64,000 nucleotides of DNA, taken from assembly GCA_002104905.1 (NCBI GenBank), contig MCFE01000352.1, positions 1 through 64,000 on the forward strand, written 5' to 3'. A program made the position numbers and the translations under genes. The stretch comes from Basidiobolus meristosporus CBS 931.73. Taxonomy: Eukaryota; Fungi; Basidiobolomycota. Below, piece by piece: positions 24,763 to 36,266 of this stretch (position 1 is the stretch's first letter; each line of letters begins with the position of its first letter). The notes below the pieces were generated by a model. It searched no databases. It was not told the DNA's origin and saw only the letters and a list, made by a program, of their open reading frames with translations.

Positions 24763-27450
24763 ATGGACAAGACTACTTTGACTCAACACCATAAGAGAAG
24801 AGAAAAAAGACTATGTGGCTATTGTGGCAAGCCTCTCAGCCATGAAGCACGCAGAGAGCATAGGAAGCATTACAAGGATCATGGCCAGTGTTTTGCCACA
24901 CAAGTCATATTTGACCATTAATTGGTCACTACTGTACTAACATTACCTTGCCAGCCAGTTGATACTTTTATATTGGCACCTGGCCGTCTTTGTCACCTTG
25001 TGCAAACTGAGTCTGGTGAGTTTGTGATGCCTTTAGGCTCACCTCAGCCTTCTGAATATGGCATGCAGAGTGATAGCTTTGATGAGGAAGGTTCACTGAT
25101 GGATTTTGAGCCTATCTCTCCTAACAACAGTACCACATATGAGCCCGGTCAAATCCCTATATGCAATGAGACAACACCCATTGAAACAAATGCTAAGGAT
25201 ACTTTATGGGTCCAAGTGAGCCCAGTAATCCATCTACTGGTGAATGATGTAATGTTGTGGCTAGAGAAGCGGCATGTTTCCACTAATATCAGTAATGGGG
25301 GCTTTGAGGATTTATTACTACTTCTTGCCAAAATCAAACCAGGCTGCAACTTACCATGTACATGGTACAAGTGGACAACCATCATGCAGCTGGCAACATA
25401 TGATCCAGAGACTGACCTGATTCCAGCATGTGTTAACAGTTGCATGGCATTCACATCCAAAAATGCTACCATTGCACTGTGTCCAAATTGTCAGGAATCT
25501 GCCACCATTGAGAGAAAACATTGCTCACACTCCAGATATATTCCAGTCATACCCTGTCTGAGGAAGCTGATGCAGTCCAACAAATATTGCAAAGCTATAC
25601 AGTACCGCACTCAGTATCAATCAAGCGCAAACATATCCAATATATTGGATGGCAAACATTACAAACAGCTAAGAAGCAAAGGCTACATTGAAGGTATGTA
25701 TGACCATGCCTTTGCTTTAGCACTTGATGGATTCTCATTAAACAAGTACTCTACCAGCAAATCCTGCTGGCCACTGATTCTAATCAATCTGAATCTGCCG
25801 CCCATCTTATGGTATCAGAGCAATAATCTGACGGTAGTGTCACTGGTATCTGGGCCTAAATCACCATCCAACCTGGATAGCTACCTGTATCCATTGCTGA
25901 ATGAATTTTGTATGCTTTCCAGCAGGATAATAGTAAATGGCCGTCATGTAAAAGCGCATATTACTATCTGCATTGGAGATACCCCAGCCATCAGCAAGAG
26001 AGCAGGTTTTTCCAGGCACAATGGATGGTATTGCTGTCAAATGTGTGAGATCCAGGGGATTTACTCCATAACTTACACACATTATTATTACCCAAGCACC
26101 AGCACTAAGAGCAGCATCTTTCCACAGAGAGAACATACAGAAGTAAGCATGCAATTGCAGCAAAGTTGGCAAGCTATAAGCCATTGGCCAGAATATGGAA
26201 TCAATCGGAAACCAGAGATACTTAAGATAGAGGGTATCTGTTGGAGCAAAAGCTTTCCACTGGGAGCAATGCATTTGCTTTTCAACAATATCCCTATACT
26301 GATGACCAAGTTGTACATGGGGCATTTCAAGCTAAATGAGCCCTTTGAGATACCGGAGAAATTTGAAAAAATTGGCAAGATATTACAGAGTATCCACTAT
26401 CCTAAGTACTTCTCATGGGATCCAATTAATATTCATACCCTTATGCAACAATACAAATGCAAAGACTGGATGAACTGGATATATATTTATTCAAGTGGTA
26501 TTCTGAAGCCATTCCTACCAAGAGTACATTGGAAGCATTGGGAGTCATATGTGGACATTGTAGGAGTATTTATCCAGAAGTGGATCACCAATGCCAACTT
26601 GACGCATCTACAGCTGTTGTGTGAGGAGTTTGTGACAGGATTTGAGCGGCTGTACTACAAGCATAAAGCTGAACATGTAGATCTCTGCCGCTACTGTATT
26701 CATTCTCTACTCCATCTTGCACAGTGTGTGGAGAATATTGGGCCTTGCTTCACCTTTTGGGAGTTTCCTATGGAGCAGATGTGTTGGGAGATAGGAAGAC
26801 AAGTAAAGTTGCAGGTACTACCAAATCCCAATCTCATCAAGAATATAACCCTCAAGTCTGTCATGGATGTGATGAGTTGGCACATGGAGGACAGCTAGAA
26901 AGAGTTGGAAAATACTGAGAACAAATGTGCACATGGAGACACCTATGCCTATGGCATTAAGAAGCTAAGCAGCCCCAATGCATGGGTAATCAGTTAAGTA
27001 ATGCAAAGTTGGGTTGGGTGCAACAAGCAACTAATTTTTATCAGGAAAACTCCACCTAAATATGCTGGATTTCTTGTGGTCACAAGCCAACTTCTACACC
27101 ATTCAATATGGAATTCACACAAACAAAAGCTAAAGCTCACCTATAAGGGGACTAGAACCCAGCAGGAAGAAGGAATATATTGGCTAAATACCAAGAAGTT
27201 CTTTGCCAATATTTAGGAGGTATTATGGCAGAAGTGGCAACAACCAAGCATATGTTTGCAAGATGTATATGCTACCAGCAGTACAAGGTATATGGCAACT
27301 TTGCAAGTATCACACTAAAAAGCCGTAAAGTTGAGGTGATAGAAGTATGTCAATTGCGGCAGGTGTGCGCATTTGTAGAGGTTAGTAAGCAGGAGGCCAT
27401 AGTTTTTTTTGATTCAAACTATATGTGGAATACCCAAGGTAGTAGTGGGT
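24763..27450 (+). pseudogene. CACTA/EnSpm-type (Tnp2/Transposase_21 + DUF4218-like) transposase; 658 codons still open
   Basis: ATG at 24763 with CGYCGKPLSHEARREHRKH; TAA at 24919. Then LALDGF, WPLILINLNLPP, GPKSPSNLDSYLYPL, GDTPAISK..GF..HNG..CCQMC, IHSLLHL..IGP..FWEFPMEQMC. TAG at 26896. The 3' end is approximate. Confidence 0.9.
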
Positions 27451-27506
27451 AAGCAAATAAAGAAAGGTGATTCTACAGTGGAATATATGAATTGCACAAG
27501 GGGAGG

Positions 27507-28632
27507 TGTGGTAATGGAAAGTATTCCATTACTACAATATCTCTAAACCAATATTGCACTCATTTCTTTATTTTGCTTTTTGCTATCGTAACACACAAGA
27601 AAAGATCAAGAATTTCCAACTTTGAAGAGCAAATGCTCCAGACCCTGAGAAGCAATCCACCCAAGAATATTATGTCATACAGAACACGTAGTAGCCAACA
27701 CATGTTTCAAATTACAGCTCATTTGAAGCAGTACTTAAGGAGCTATGACCAAAAGAGTCCAACTATTATATATACTATGCCTTATTGCTAGGATTACTAT
27801 GGTGACTTTGATTGCGTGTAACTTTTGAACCAGCCAATCAAATCACGTGAAATTTTCACAGGTGCTGCGCCTATGTCCGATCTGCGCCACTGCAAAATTT
27901 TAGCGTTGTATCACGTGTATTGCTTGCGCAATTGCCCAAAAACTTTGATCCTTCAAAATTTTCATATATATAACTTCCCCAGCTGAAAAATAAAGAGAGA
28001 GCCTCTCTTTCCAGAATCTCCACACTACGATTACAAGTTTAAAGGTTATAAGACTTCCCCTGCATCACTTGCACTGTTGAGTATTCTGACTTTGATCAGT
28101 ACTACATCAGTAAAGAGACTGCAAAGCTCACAAGAATCCAATCTAAGTTCTACAAGAAACTACCACTTTTCTGTCGGAAAAGTCCCCTCTAAGAAACCCC
28201 TTTACTCTAAAGACACCTTTAGAGACCCCTTTAAGAAACCCCTTTACTCTAAAGAAGCCCCTTTAGGTCTAAAGACCCCTTTAGAGACTTCTACAACACA
28301 CCCCTTTAGGTTAAAGGGGAGTTCAGAATTTCCATATTAGGAAATATTTTCTCAGAAAGGAAAGTGACTTCCAAATAAGGAAAAGTTACTATAAAAGTAA
28401 ATAAGCCCATTAGTCAACAGAAGGTCAGAACACTGCTGTAGAAGTGATAAACACTGCCTACAGTATATTTTGAGCCCAAGATTGAGGAAATTAGTGAAAG
28501 TTATATCTTCTATCAGTATATCAAACTCCCAATAAACTATTTCAGTATTAGCATACTGGAAGTTGTTGTATATTGTTGATTAGCCTCTACATTGTAGAAC
28601 AAGCCCCAAACTAATCATAATACAACACAACA
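27507..28632. repeat. Solo LTR of a further family (1126 bp) with 4-bp TSD GAGG
   Basis: TGTGG...CAACA; GAGG at 27503-27506 and 28633-28636. Removal restores GGGGAGGTAGAAAAAGGAAATACC, matching the uninterrupted copy near 20070. Confidence 0.82.
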
Positions 28633-28938
28633 GAGGTAGAAAAAGGAAATACCATTTGGTAAATTGGTACAGTAGCATTATACAGAACCAGTGGCTGGCT
28701 GTCATACTGCCAAGAAAAAGCCATCAGAGTCTTGCTGTGAGGCCGTCAAAATACCGTCAAGTTTCTTGCCATATATGGCAATTGGAAGTCCTGGCCAACT
28801 GGATCCACTTAAAATAGTAATAGAGTGCTGAAAGACTGCAACAATGCCATGCAAATATTGTCACAGCACCAATCAAAAATTGTCAAGCTTTATCCCTTTA
28901 TTTGGCTGTAAAATTTGCAAAACACCGTCATGATCTTG

Positions 28939-30080
28939 TATTGCTGGAATATATCCAGAGTGTGAACAATGTTTTCCCCCAATAGTGGTGGATTCCTGAC
29001 AAGTTGGACACCTTCCAATGGTGGCATTTTCCAATATGAATGCCATGCAACTGTTAACATATTCTGGTGGCAGGATGGACTCTGGTTCATATGTTGCTGG
29101 CTGAATGATGGTTGTCCATTTATGCCATATACATGGTAGGTTGCATCCTAGTATAATATTGGCAAGAAGCAGTAGTAGATCCTCAAAGCCCCTGTTACTG
29201 ATATTAGTGGAAATGTGCCACTTTCCTAGCCCTAACATCACATCATTCACCAGTTGATGGATTACTGAGCTCATTTGACTCCATAAAATAGCCTTGGCAT
29301 TTTTTTCCACAGGTGCTGTCTCATTGCATAAAGGAATTTTGCCAGGCTCATGCAGGGTACTGTTGTTAGGGAAGCTAGGCTCACAATCCATCAGTTGTCC
29401 TACATCTTCAGAGCAATCTCTCAGTGTGCCATATTCAGAAGGCTGGGGTGAGCCTAAAGGCATCACAAACTCACCTGACTCAGCTTGAATAAGGTGACAA
29501 GTAAGGCTAGGTGCTATTATAACTGTATCAAGCCACTGGCAAGATATTGCTGGCACAGTAGTGATTGGTGAATGGTCAAATACTGTTGTAAGAGTCTTGG
29601 AGATATTGGAAGTGATTTGGAGAACAAGTAGATAATGTGGTTTTCACTTAATGATTTATTGAATGTAAAAGTAGTAATTATACTTTTACCTGGTCTTGGC
29701 ATTACAAACATGTAGAATAGGTTAAGGAAGGTCCCAAGAATATGTGTGCAAAGTTTGGGGCTGTTTGGACAACTTTGAGAATTTTCATGTTCTGGGTACC
29801 TGGTATTTTGGTAAAAATATTCTAAGTAAATCCCAACAAGGAATTTGGTCAGTATCCTCTAGGATTTGAGGGTAATGATCTAAGTGACTAAGATAGGTGA
29901 ATATTTAGGTGGAATTACAAAGTTTTACAACAAATACAACTTGTGTTGCAAAACACTGGCCATGATCCTTCTAATTCTTCCTATGCTGTCTGTGTGCTTT
30001 GTGGCTGAGAGGTTGGCTACAATAGCCACATGGTCTTTTTTCTCTTCACTTATGGCATTAAATCAAAGAGTCTTATCCAT
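28939..30080 (-). pseudogene. 5' part of the outer element's transposase, interrupted by a Copia solo LTR
   Basis: ATGGATAAG at 30080, homologous to 24763. ORF 28873-29556 aligns with the N-terminus of 24922-26898. Confidence 0.85.
29584..29932 (-). repeat. Copia solo LTR with 5-bp TSD AATAC
   Basis: Reverse-complement homolog of 2026-2375; AATAC at 29579-29583 and 29933-29937. Confidence 0.93.
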
Positions 30081-30294
30081 GGGACAAACAGTTTGACACT
30101 CAGCAATGTAATGCCATTACATCACTCTTTGATCAATATGTTTACAACAGTCTAGTATTTGAGATATTGCACCTACATGAGTGTAAGATTCAATGATGAC
30201 CTGCCATAATAAGTATCAGTAATAAAGTTGTGGCACCACATACACATTTATATGTAACACCCTTTGCCCTTTGGTTTGACTCACTTGCATATAT

Positions 30295-32640
30295 ATGCCA
30301 CCAAAAAATAAAGCAGAGTTGTCTAGCCCCCAACTAAACCCCACCACTGACAGCAGCAGAAGAACAGTTGGACAACAGCTTGCTTTGAAATTTGGTGCAA
30401 CAAGAAGGGCTACAATCAAAAAAGGCCTTGTGAACAGTGTGCCTACTGGAGAAAATGATGTAAACTCCTCAGGCTCTCAGTCAAGTAGGCAATTGGGAAT
30501 CTCTTTGGAGCCACAAGCAGACCATATTGCTGAAGCAGATAAGAATGTAGCACAAGTAGCACCTTCAGTTGAAGACCAGCAAATGGTGGTTGTAACATCA
30601 CCATCACCTGTATTGGCAAGTATGTTGTCAGCTCATACCAAAGCATTAATGAGGCAATTAGGTGCAGTGACTGATAAGATAGATGCAATGACCCAGAGAA
30701 ATTAGGAAATAGCCCAGAAACAGGATGATCAAGTAATAGGTGTAAAGCAATGAATATATCATGTAGAAAAAGCAGTATCTTTGCTGTAAAGAAGGTACGC
30801 AAGTAGCTCAATGTCACAGCCAAGAATTGAGCCATTTCCCAATGTAACAGCAGAGGAACACCATACACTCTTTGAAGTACACCAACAGTGCCCAAAAATA
30901 AAGCCCAGAGAGAAACCTATCACAGCCTTGGAGGGAGAAAATGTAGTATTTATACCAAGGCCTAAAAATCAAAGGACATTGAAGATCTGTGAAGCCTCTG
31001 AGTACAATGATGAAGAGTGGGCTAATATTCAAGAGGCCATCAGAAGTCTAACACACCAACACCTTAAGGCTAGCATACCATGGGACCATCAAGATCTCAA
31101 TGCCAAGCAGAATGTGCCTGACTTGCTCTATGAGCATTATCCTAGATTCAAACAAGCAAATGGTTTTTGGGCCAGCATTGGTATGCTAAGAAAGTATCTC
31201 AACAATAGCAGAAACTATCAGAGGCAGAAGGACTAGGGTACAATGGCTAAAAACCAGCAGCTTCCTCAAGAGCCTGTTACAAGCAGGGCCAAAAGCTCTA
31301 AACAATTGTCAAAGAGACATCAGGTAGCTGGAAGAGTGCCAATAAGGGAAAAGCAGGCAGACACAGATGCACCAGCACAACATTCACCAAGGTAAAAGTG
31401 TGGTACTTCTCAAGAAGCATTCAGTCAAAGTAGCATTGAAGGACCTGGTAGTGATAAAAATAAGCAGCTACCTCAGGAGCCCATGACAGCATGGGCTGAG
31501 AGCTCAAAACAAGCAGAAAAGAAGCATCATGTTGCCTGCAGACTGCCAGCAAGAGACAAGCAGGCCAAAACAGATGCATCAGAGTAGCATTTATCAAGCA
31601 GAAAACATAGTTCAATACAAGAAGCACTCAGACAAAGTAGCAGTGAAAGACCTGGCAGTGATAAAGGAAAAGGTAAAGGGAAAAAGTCTACCCAAGTCAG
31701 AGACAGGGATGCATAAGGAAAAAGCTGCAATTCTTGCCAATTAATGCCATAAGCCTGGACCAGACAGAATCCCATCATAGCCAAGAAGAATTAATAACAA
31801 GAAAACCGCTGTTTTCACAAGAGCTGAAAGTGCAGCCAGTTAAGCTACACTCCAGTGAGGCCAATGAGTTTGCAGAGAAAGGCAATTTGTCTACCACAGC
31901 CTCCACATCTTCCATTGCTGACAGAGTGGAGATTCCACTGACAGACAACACAACAATGTCAAGAGCTCAGAAGGTTACCACAATGCCTTCAGTGGAATTT
32001 TGAACATTAATAGACACACCAAGAGGTTGCAGCACTTCTTTAAGAGCAGTGCTCAAGAAAATGCACTTGAATATTATAAGGATTTATTGCAAAGACTGGC
32101 AGATGAGGTGCTAGACCTTGCAGTGCTGGCTGAAGACCAGGACATGTAGAAATCAGTGAATGAACAGTGGCTTAGAGCTGTAGGGTTCCCACCAAAGTCA
32201 TGGAAACTGAGCATTACAGCAGAAATACTAAATGTGTGGTGGATTTTAATGGAGTTACTTGTTGAGTGTGGGGTTGGGCTTAATGTTAGTGTAGGGTAAA
32301 GGGACCTGTGTAGGTTAATACGATTGGCAATTAAGGTACAAGCAAAGTTTCAATGGATATAAAACAATTTGTATGCACAAAAAGTAAGAGAAATGGTTGA
32401 GTCAGGAAGTAAGGAGTCTGAAAAAGTGGCAATAGCCAATCAATGCACACAAATGTAGGAGGTGATAGAGTGTCTGGGATCAGAAAGTGTGAAAATTGGT
32501 TGAGAACCAATCAAAAGCCACTTTTGTTTTGTTGTGATGAAAATTTTGACCAAGTTTCTTGTGAAATCTGGGGTGCAATTAGTTTTTGAAGGTCTTTGCA
32601 CAGTGTCCTGATGAGATCAATACCTCTTAGTCATGGGAAT
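30295..32640 (+). pseudogene. Gene 2 of the outer CMC element, degenerate
   Basis: MPPKNKAELS... and EEWANIQEAIRSL..FWASIGMLRKYLNNSRNYQRQK, collinear with 22200-24538. Several stops. Confidence 0.82.
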
Positions 32641-32691
32641 TAGAATTGGCAATGGCCTTTTGACAGGATCATCACAATGATTTTCATAGGG

Positions 32692-33090
32692 AAACAACAT
32701 CTACTTTTAGATTATTGTAAGCATTGGGAAACATATGCATACACTGGAGGGGTGTTTGTCAAAAAGTGGAACACTAATATCAATTTGGCATAACTATGGC
32801 TTTTATGCACAGAGTTTGTGACAGGATTGTAGTGCCCACATTGCTAGCATAAAGCTGAGCTCATTTATCTCTGCTACTGTATCTATTCTTGACTCCCTCT
32901 TGCTCAATATGTAGAGAACAACAGGGCATGCTTCACTTTCTAGGGGTTTCCCACAGAGCAGATGTGTGGGGAGATGGGAAGAGAAGTTAAGTTATAAGTA
33001 CAGTCATATCCCTCTCTCATCCAGCATATTACCTTCAAGCATTTGATGGCTATCACAAAGCCCAAAAACCTGTGTGTCAGGCTATTATGG
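32692..33090 (+). pseudogene. Continuation of the old host transposase split by the outer element
   Basis: KHWETY..LCTEFVTG..HKAE..GFPTEQMCGEMGREVKL aligns with the DUF4218-like segment. Confidence 0.8.
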
Positions 33091-33479
33091 GGGGTAAATA
33101 CCACCTCCTCATTAGCAGTGTGCACTTCCACAAATACCATCTTAATAACCAACATGGTTTTTATGTTTATTGAATGTTTTATTTCTTCTCCTGGTAACAT
33201 TTGGAAATAAAAAAAGTTTGTCTTGGATGCATCTTTCTAACAAAGAGCATGAAGGATGGGTGCTTTCTAGTGCTTTCAAGGCATTCTTTGCTGTTTTAGC
33301 TACTGAGCATCACATTGTCTCTTTGCCTTAACATTCCCTATAAAAATGCACAAAGTTGGAATTCATTGGATTCTTGCTAGCATTCTGCTGGTATTCTGAT
33401 GATGTTTCACTAGTATTCTGATGGTGCTTTACTAGTACTCTGATGGTGTTTTGTGGTGTTTTGCCAATGCTTCTGCTAC

Positions 33480-34262
33480 ATATTTTCAATTGCAATTTTT
33501 GGTGGAAGTAATGAACACCTGATTACCAAATTTGGTATGAATTCTAGATGGCCTAGTCTCCCCCTGGGAAGAATGTCCACTTGTCTGCTTTGGAGCTATT
33601 ACTTGAGATCTTGGAATTGTCACTTCTCAGAAGGTTGGAGTTCAGTCAATATTATCATGTTATTCTGCTGGCCATTCCTTTGATTTTCTTCTTAGAGATT
33701 ACAGTATATGTAGTTCAAGAACTTTGTTCTTTCTTTCAGTATATTGAGGCTTCTATCCTATATTTTTACGAGGACATTCTTTGCCAATGAGAGCATCCCA
33801 CCAGCCTCATTCCTGTAGCATCATATTGATCTTCACCTTGCAGACTTGCCAGTTACATCCATCCAGCTTTTGAGTAAATAGAAAATTGCAGAGAGTGACA
33901 GCTTAGGGCTCATAAGCATCTGTAAGAGTCTTGGAGATATCTGAAGCAACTGGGCAAAAAAGCAGATTTTGTGAATTTCACAAAGTAGTGTATTACAGTT
34001 TTAAGTGGTATTTATACTGTCCATCATCTTGCCAACTAACAAATGTAAAATATGTCATGAGAGGCCCCAAGGGCATGTGTGCAATGCTTAGGGCTGCTGG
34101 GATAGCCTTTGAGCTCTTCATGTTTTGTGTATTTGATGTTTTGGTGAGAATATATCAAGCAAGTCCCAACAAGGAATTTGGGCTGAACTCTGAGATATTA
34201 GACCATGAGCAAGGTAGCAAAGATAGGCAAGTATCTAGATATAGTTACAAAATTACAAAACA
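33480..34262 (-). mobile_element. Copia 5' LTR (33918-34262), PBS and degenerate gag N-terminus
   Basis: LTR homologous to 2026-2375. PBS-like GCTTATGAGCCC at 33906-33917. Translation KLDGCNWQVCKVKINMML..WWDA. Confidence 0.7.
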
Positions 34263-34299
34263 CAGGATGCCTCTTTCTTTACTGTAATGGAGCAATCTC

Positions 34300-35010
34300 A
34301 TGAAACTTGAGAAAGTAACCAACCATCAAGCTTTCTACCATAGAAACAGAGTATTTAAGATTTATGTCTATCCAAAGTGTGCATTACTACTATATTTCAG
34401 GTTACTTAAAGGTGTATGAGATTAGGTGAAGATCCAACATTTCTTACTAGAACTAGGTAAAGAGGTAATAGTCAGCATCTCATCTCAGAAGGTATAGTGT
34501 ATGACTTAGTTAGGTTAGTTTACTGTCCCACAGATGGAATGATTGCCAATACACTCACAAGACCATTAGCTATAGACAGATCTGAATATCTTGGATCACA
34601 ATGGTGCTAGTTAACATGTATATTTAGTTGAGTGGGAGTGTTGTAAGTTCTGCAATTATACCTGGGTATTTGCCTTAGTCACTTAGATCACAGTCTACAG
34701 AATTTAGAGAAATTTGGCTAAACTCCTTGTCAGAATTTGCTTAGAATATTTCCCCACAATTGCTGGTACCCAGGACATGAAAAGAATCTCCAAGATGTCC
34801 AAACAGCCCCAAGCTTTGCACACATGCTCCTGGGACCTTCTTGAGCATTTTTACATATTTTTCTGGCCAAAGTCATGGAAAAGTGTAAATACTACTTTTG
34901 TATTCAATAAATCATTGAATGGAAATGTGATCTATTTGTTCTCCCAAACACTTCCAATATCTCCAAAACTCTTACAGTAGGTGAAGAGCCCAAAGCTGTC
35001 ACTCTCTGCA
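34300..35010 (+). mobile_element. Copia relic: RNase H end, PPT, LTR (34639-34979), then PBS and leader
   Basis: LVYCPTDGMIANTLTRPL; GAGTGGGAG followed by TGTTG. After the LTR comes GGTGAAGAGCCCAAAGCTGTCACTCTCTGCAAT, matching the leader of the 33918 copy. Confidence 0.75.
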
Positions 35011-35627
35011 ATGTCTATGACCTATTTATGTTATGCCAAAACTTTGCAAAATAATAAACAACACTCCTTGATATCATGAAAATTACGTAACCAAGTTGTT
35101 CCATCAACTGGCTTCAATCACTTAGAAATCCTCACAGCACATTCTACTCAAAGTGTAATCTGTTTGATTATGGATTTGTACCCATCCAATGAGTCAGAAG
35201 CTAACTGGGTGAGCATTATTGGCCACCAAATTCGTGGGCAGGCTTTTTAATATGGCGATCACAGCTTTGGCTAGAGCAATCTGGGGGAAATCCCCAGTTT
35301 GTTCCATGTTGCGGAGGAGGTGGTCGTAGGCTAGCCACTCTGATAGTTGGGCAGTGGAATTAGCCCCCTCAAGCATAGAACAGGGATCTACACAGCATTG
35401 GATGCTTTAGGGGTGAAACAAGATAGGAAAACGTATGATCACTCGGTGGTGCGCAAACCAAAGCATCAACCAAGCCAGGAGGCATCTCCTGAACCACCCA
35501 CTGTACAGATCGGGCAGAGGCAGCCAGGAAACGTACGCAGAAGGAAGTATTCAGGGCGATGCATGGAGGGTGGTTGGATATAAATGAGGATGATCAGGTC
35601 ACTTCCGACTCAGTATCTCCTCCAACC

Positions 35628-36080
35628 ATGAAATACACCTACATCGCTCTTTTGCTCACCTTGGTCTTGATGGCAGTTCAGGACGTGAAGGCCGCCTGCA
35701 ATGCCCAGGTCACCTTCGACGCTTGTATTGAGCGTGGCAAACAGTATTTCTCCCTGTGCTCGGAGACCGACTGGGCTTGCAAGTGCCAACGACAGAAGGA
35801 CATCATGAACTGCTACAACCTCTGCCTGGAGGATGCTGTGGTCCAAGCCCAAGCCGAGATTCAGAAAACGGTCGTCAACGCCAACTGCATCCAGGCCACC
35901 ACGTCCACCAGCACTAGACTGCCAACGGTCACTTCCGCCCTCTCCAGTCAGCCGGCCTCGGCCGGTACCCCAAGTGCCACCAATGCCCCCGCCCCCAACA
36001 GTGCCAACCAGAAAACCACCTTCCCAGCAGGGATTTGGATCGCCGCAATCGCCAGCGTCTTCCTAGGAAATAGAAACTAG
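35628..36080 (+). CDS. Secreted 8-Cys CFEM-like, Ser/Thr-rich, probably GPI-anchored protein (150 aa)
   Basis: Signal peptide MKYTYIALLLTLVLMAVQDVKA; 8 Cys including TDWACKC; S/T/A/P stalk; hydrophobic C-terminus. Confidence 0.8.
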   Translation: MKYTYIALLLTLVLMAVQDVKAACNAQVTFDACIERGKQYFSLCSETDWACKCQRQKDIMNCYNLCLEDAVVQAQAEIQKTVVNANCIQATTSTSTRLPTVTSALSSQPASAGTPSATNAPAPNSANQKTTFPAGIWIAAIASVFLGNRN

Positions 36081-36266
36081 ACCAACATAGATATAGTGTG
36101 TAGTGAATCAGTCGGATTACTTGGATGTTCCATATCACCACCTAATAAACAACCACATCAAAATCAACGGGGGTCATCATTGATCCATTGGACGAAGGGG
36201 ATTTCTCCTTTTTAGCTCGGATTTGGTTGCCATGGTTGGTTTGAGGTTGGATACAGCGAGTTTACA

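Larger units (their letters stand above)
22153..28938 (+). mobile_element. CMC/CACTA-like 'inner' element inserted in opposite orientation into the outer copy; right TIR deleted
   Basis: Starts CCCTATGAAAA at 22153. Contains gene 2 (-) and transposase (+). The 3' region resumes after a solo LTR and stops ~125 bp short of the TIR seen in the other copies. Confidence 0.85.
19657..32691 (-). mobile_element. CMC/CACTA-like 'outer' element with CCCTA termini, carrying nested insertions (13,035 bp in total)
   Basis: CCCTATGAAAA at 19657-19667 and TTTTCATAGGG at 32681-32691, flanked by AAA on both sides. Removing the block rejoins a transposase frame (SSGLPK|QHLLLDYCKHWE versus SSGILKPFLPRVHWKHWE). 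Confidence 0.88.

Noticed and set aside
28191-28290. CRISPR-like or satellite array
   Set aside because: Only two 42-bp-period copies with similar intervening sequence, inside a solo LTR in a eukaryotic context.
19657-32691. Composite macro-transposon mobilising 13 kb as cargo
   Set aside because: The two ends are the right and left ends of one element. The interior is better explained by later nested insertions plus a small deletion.
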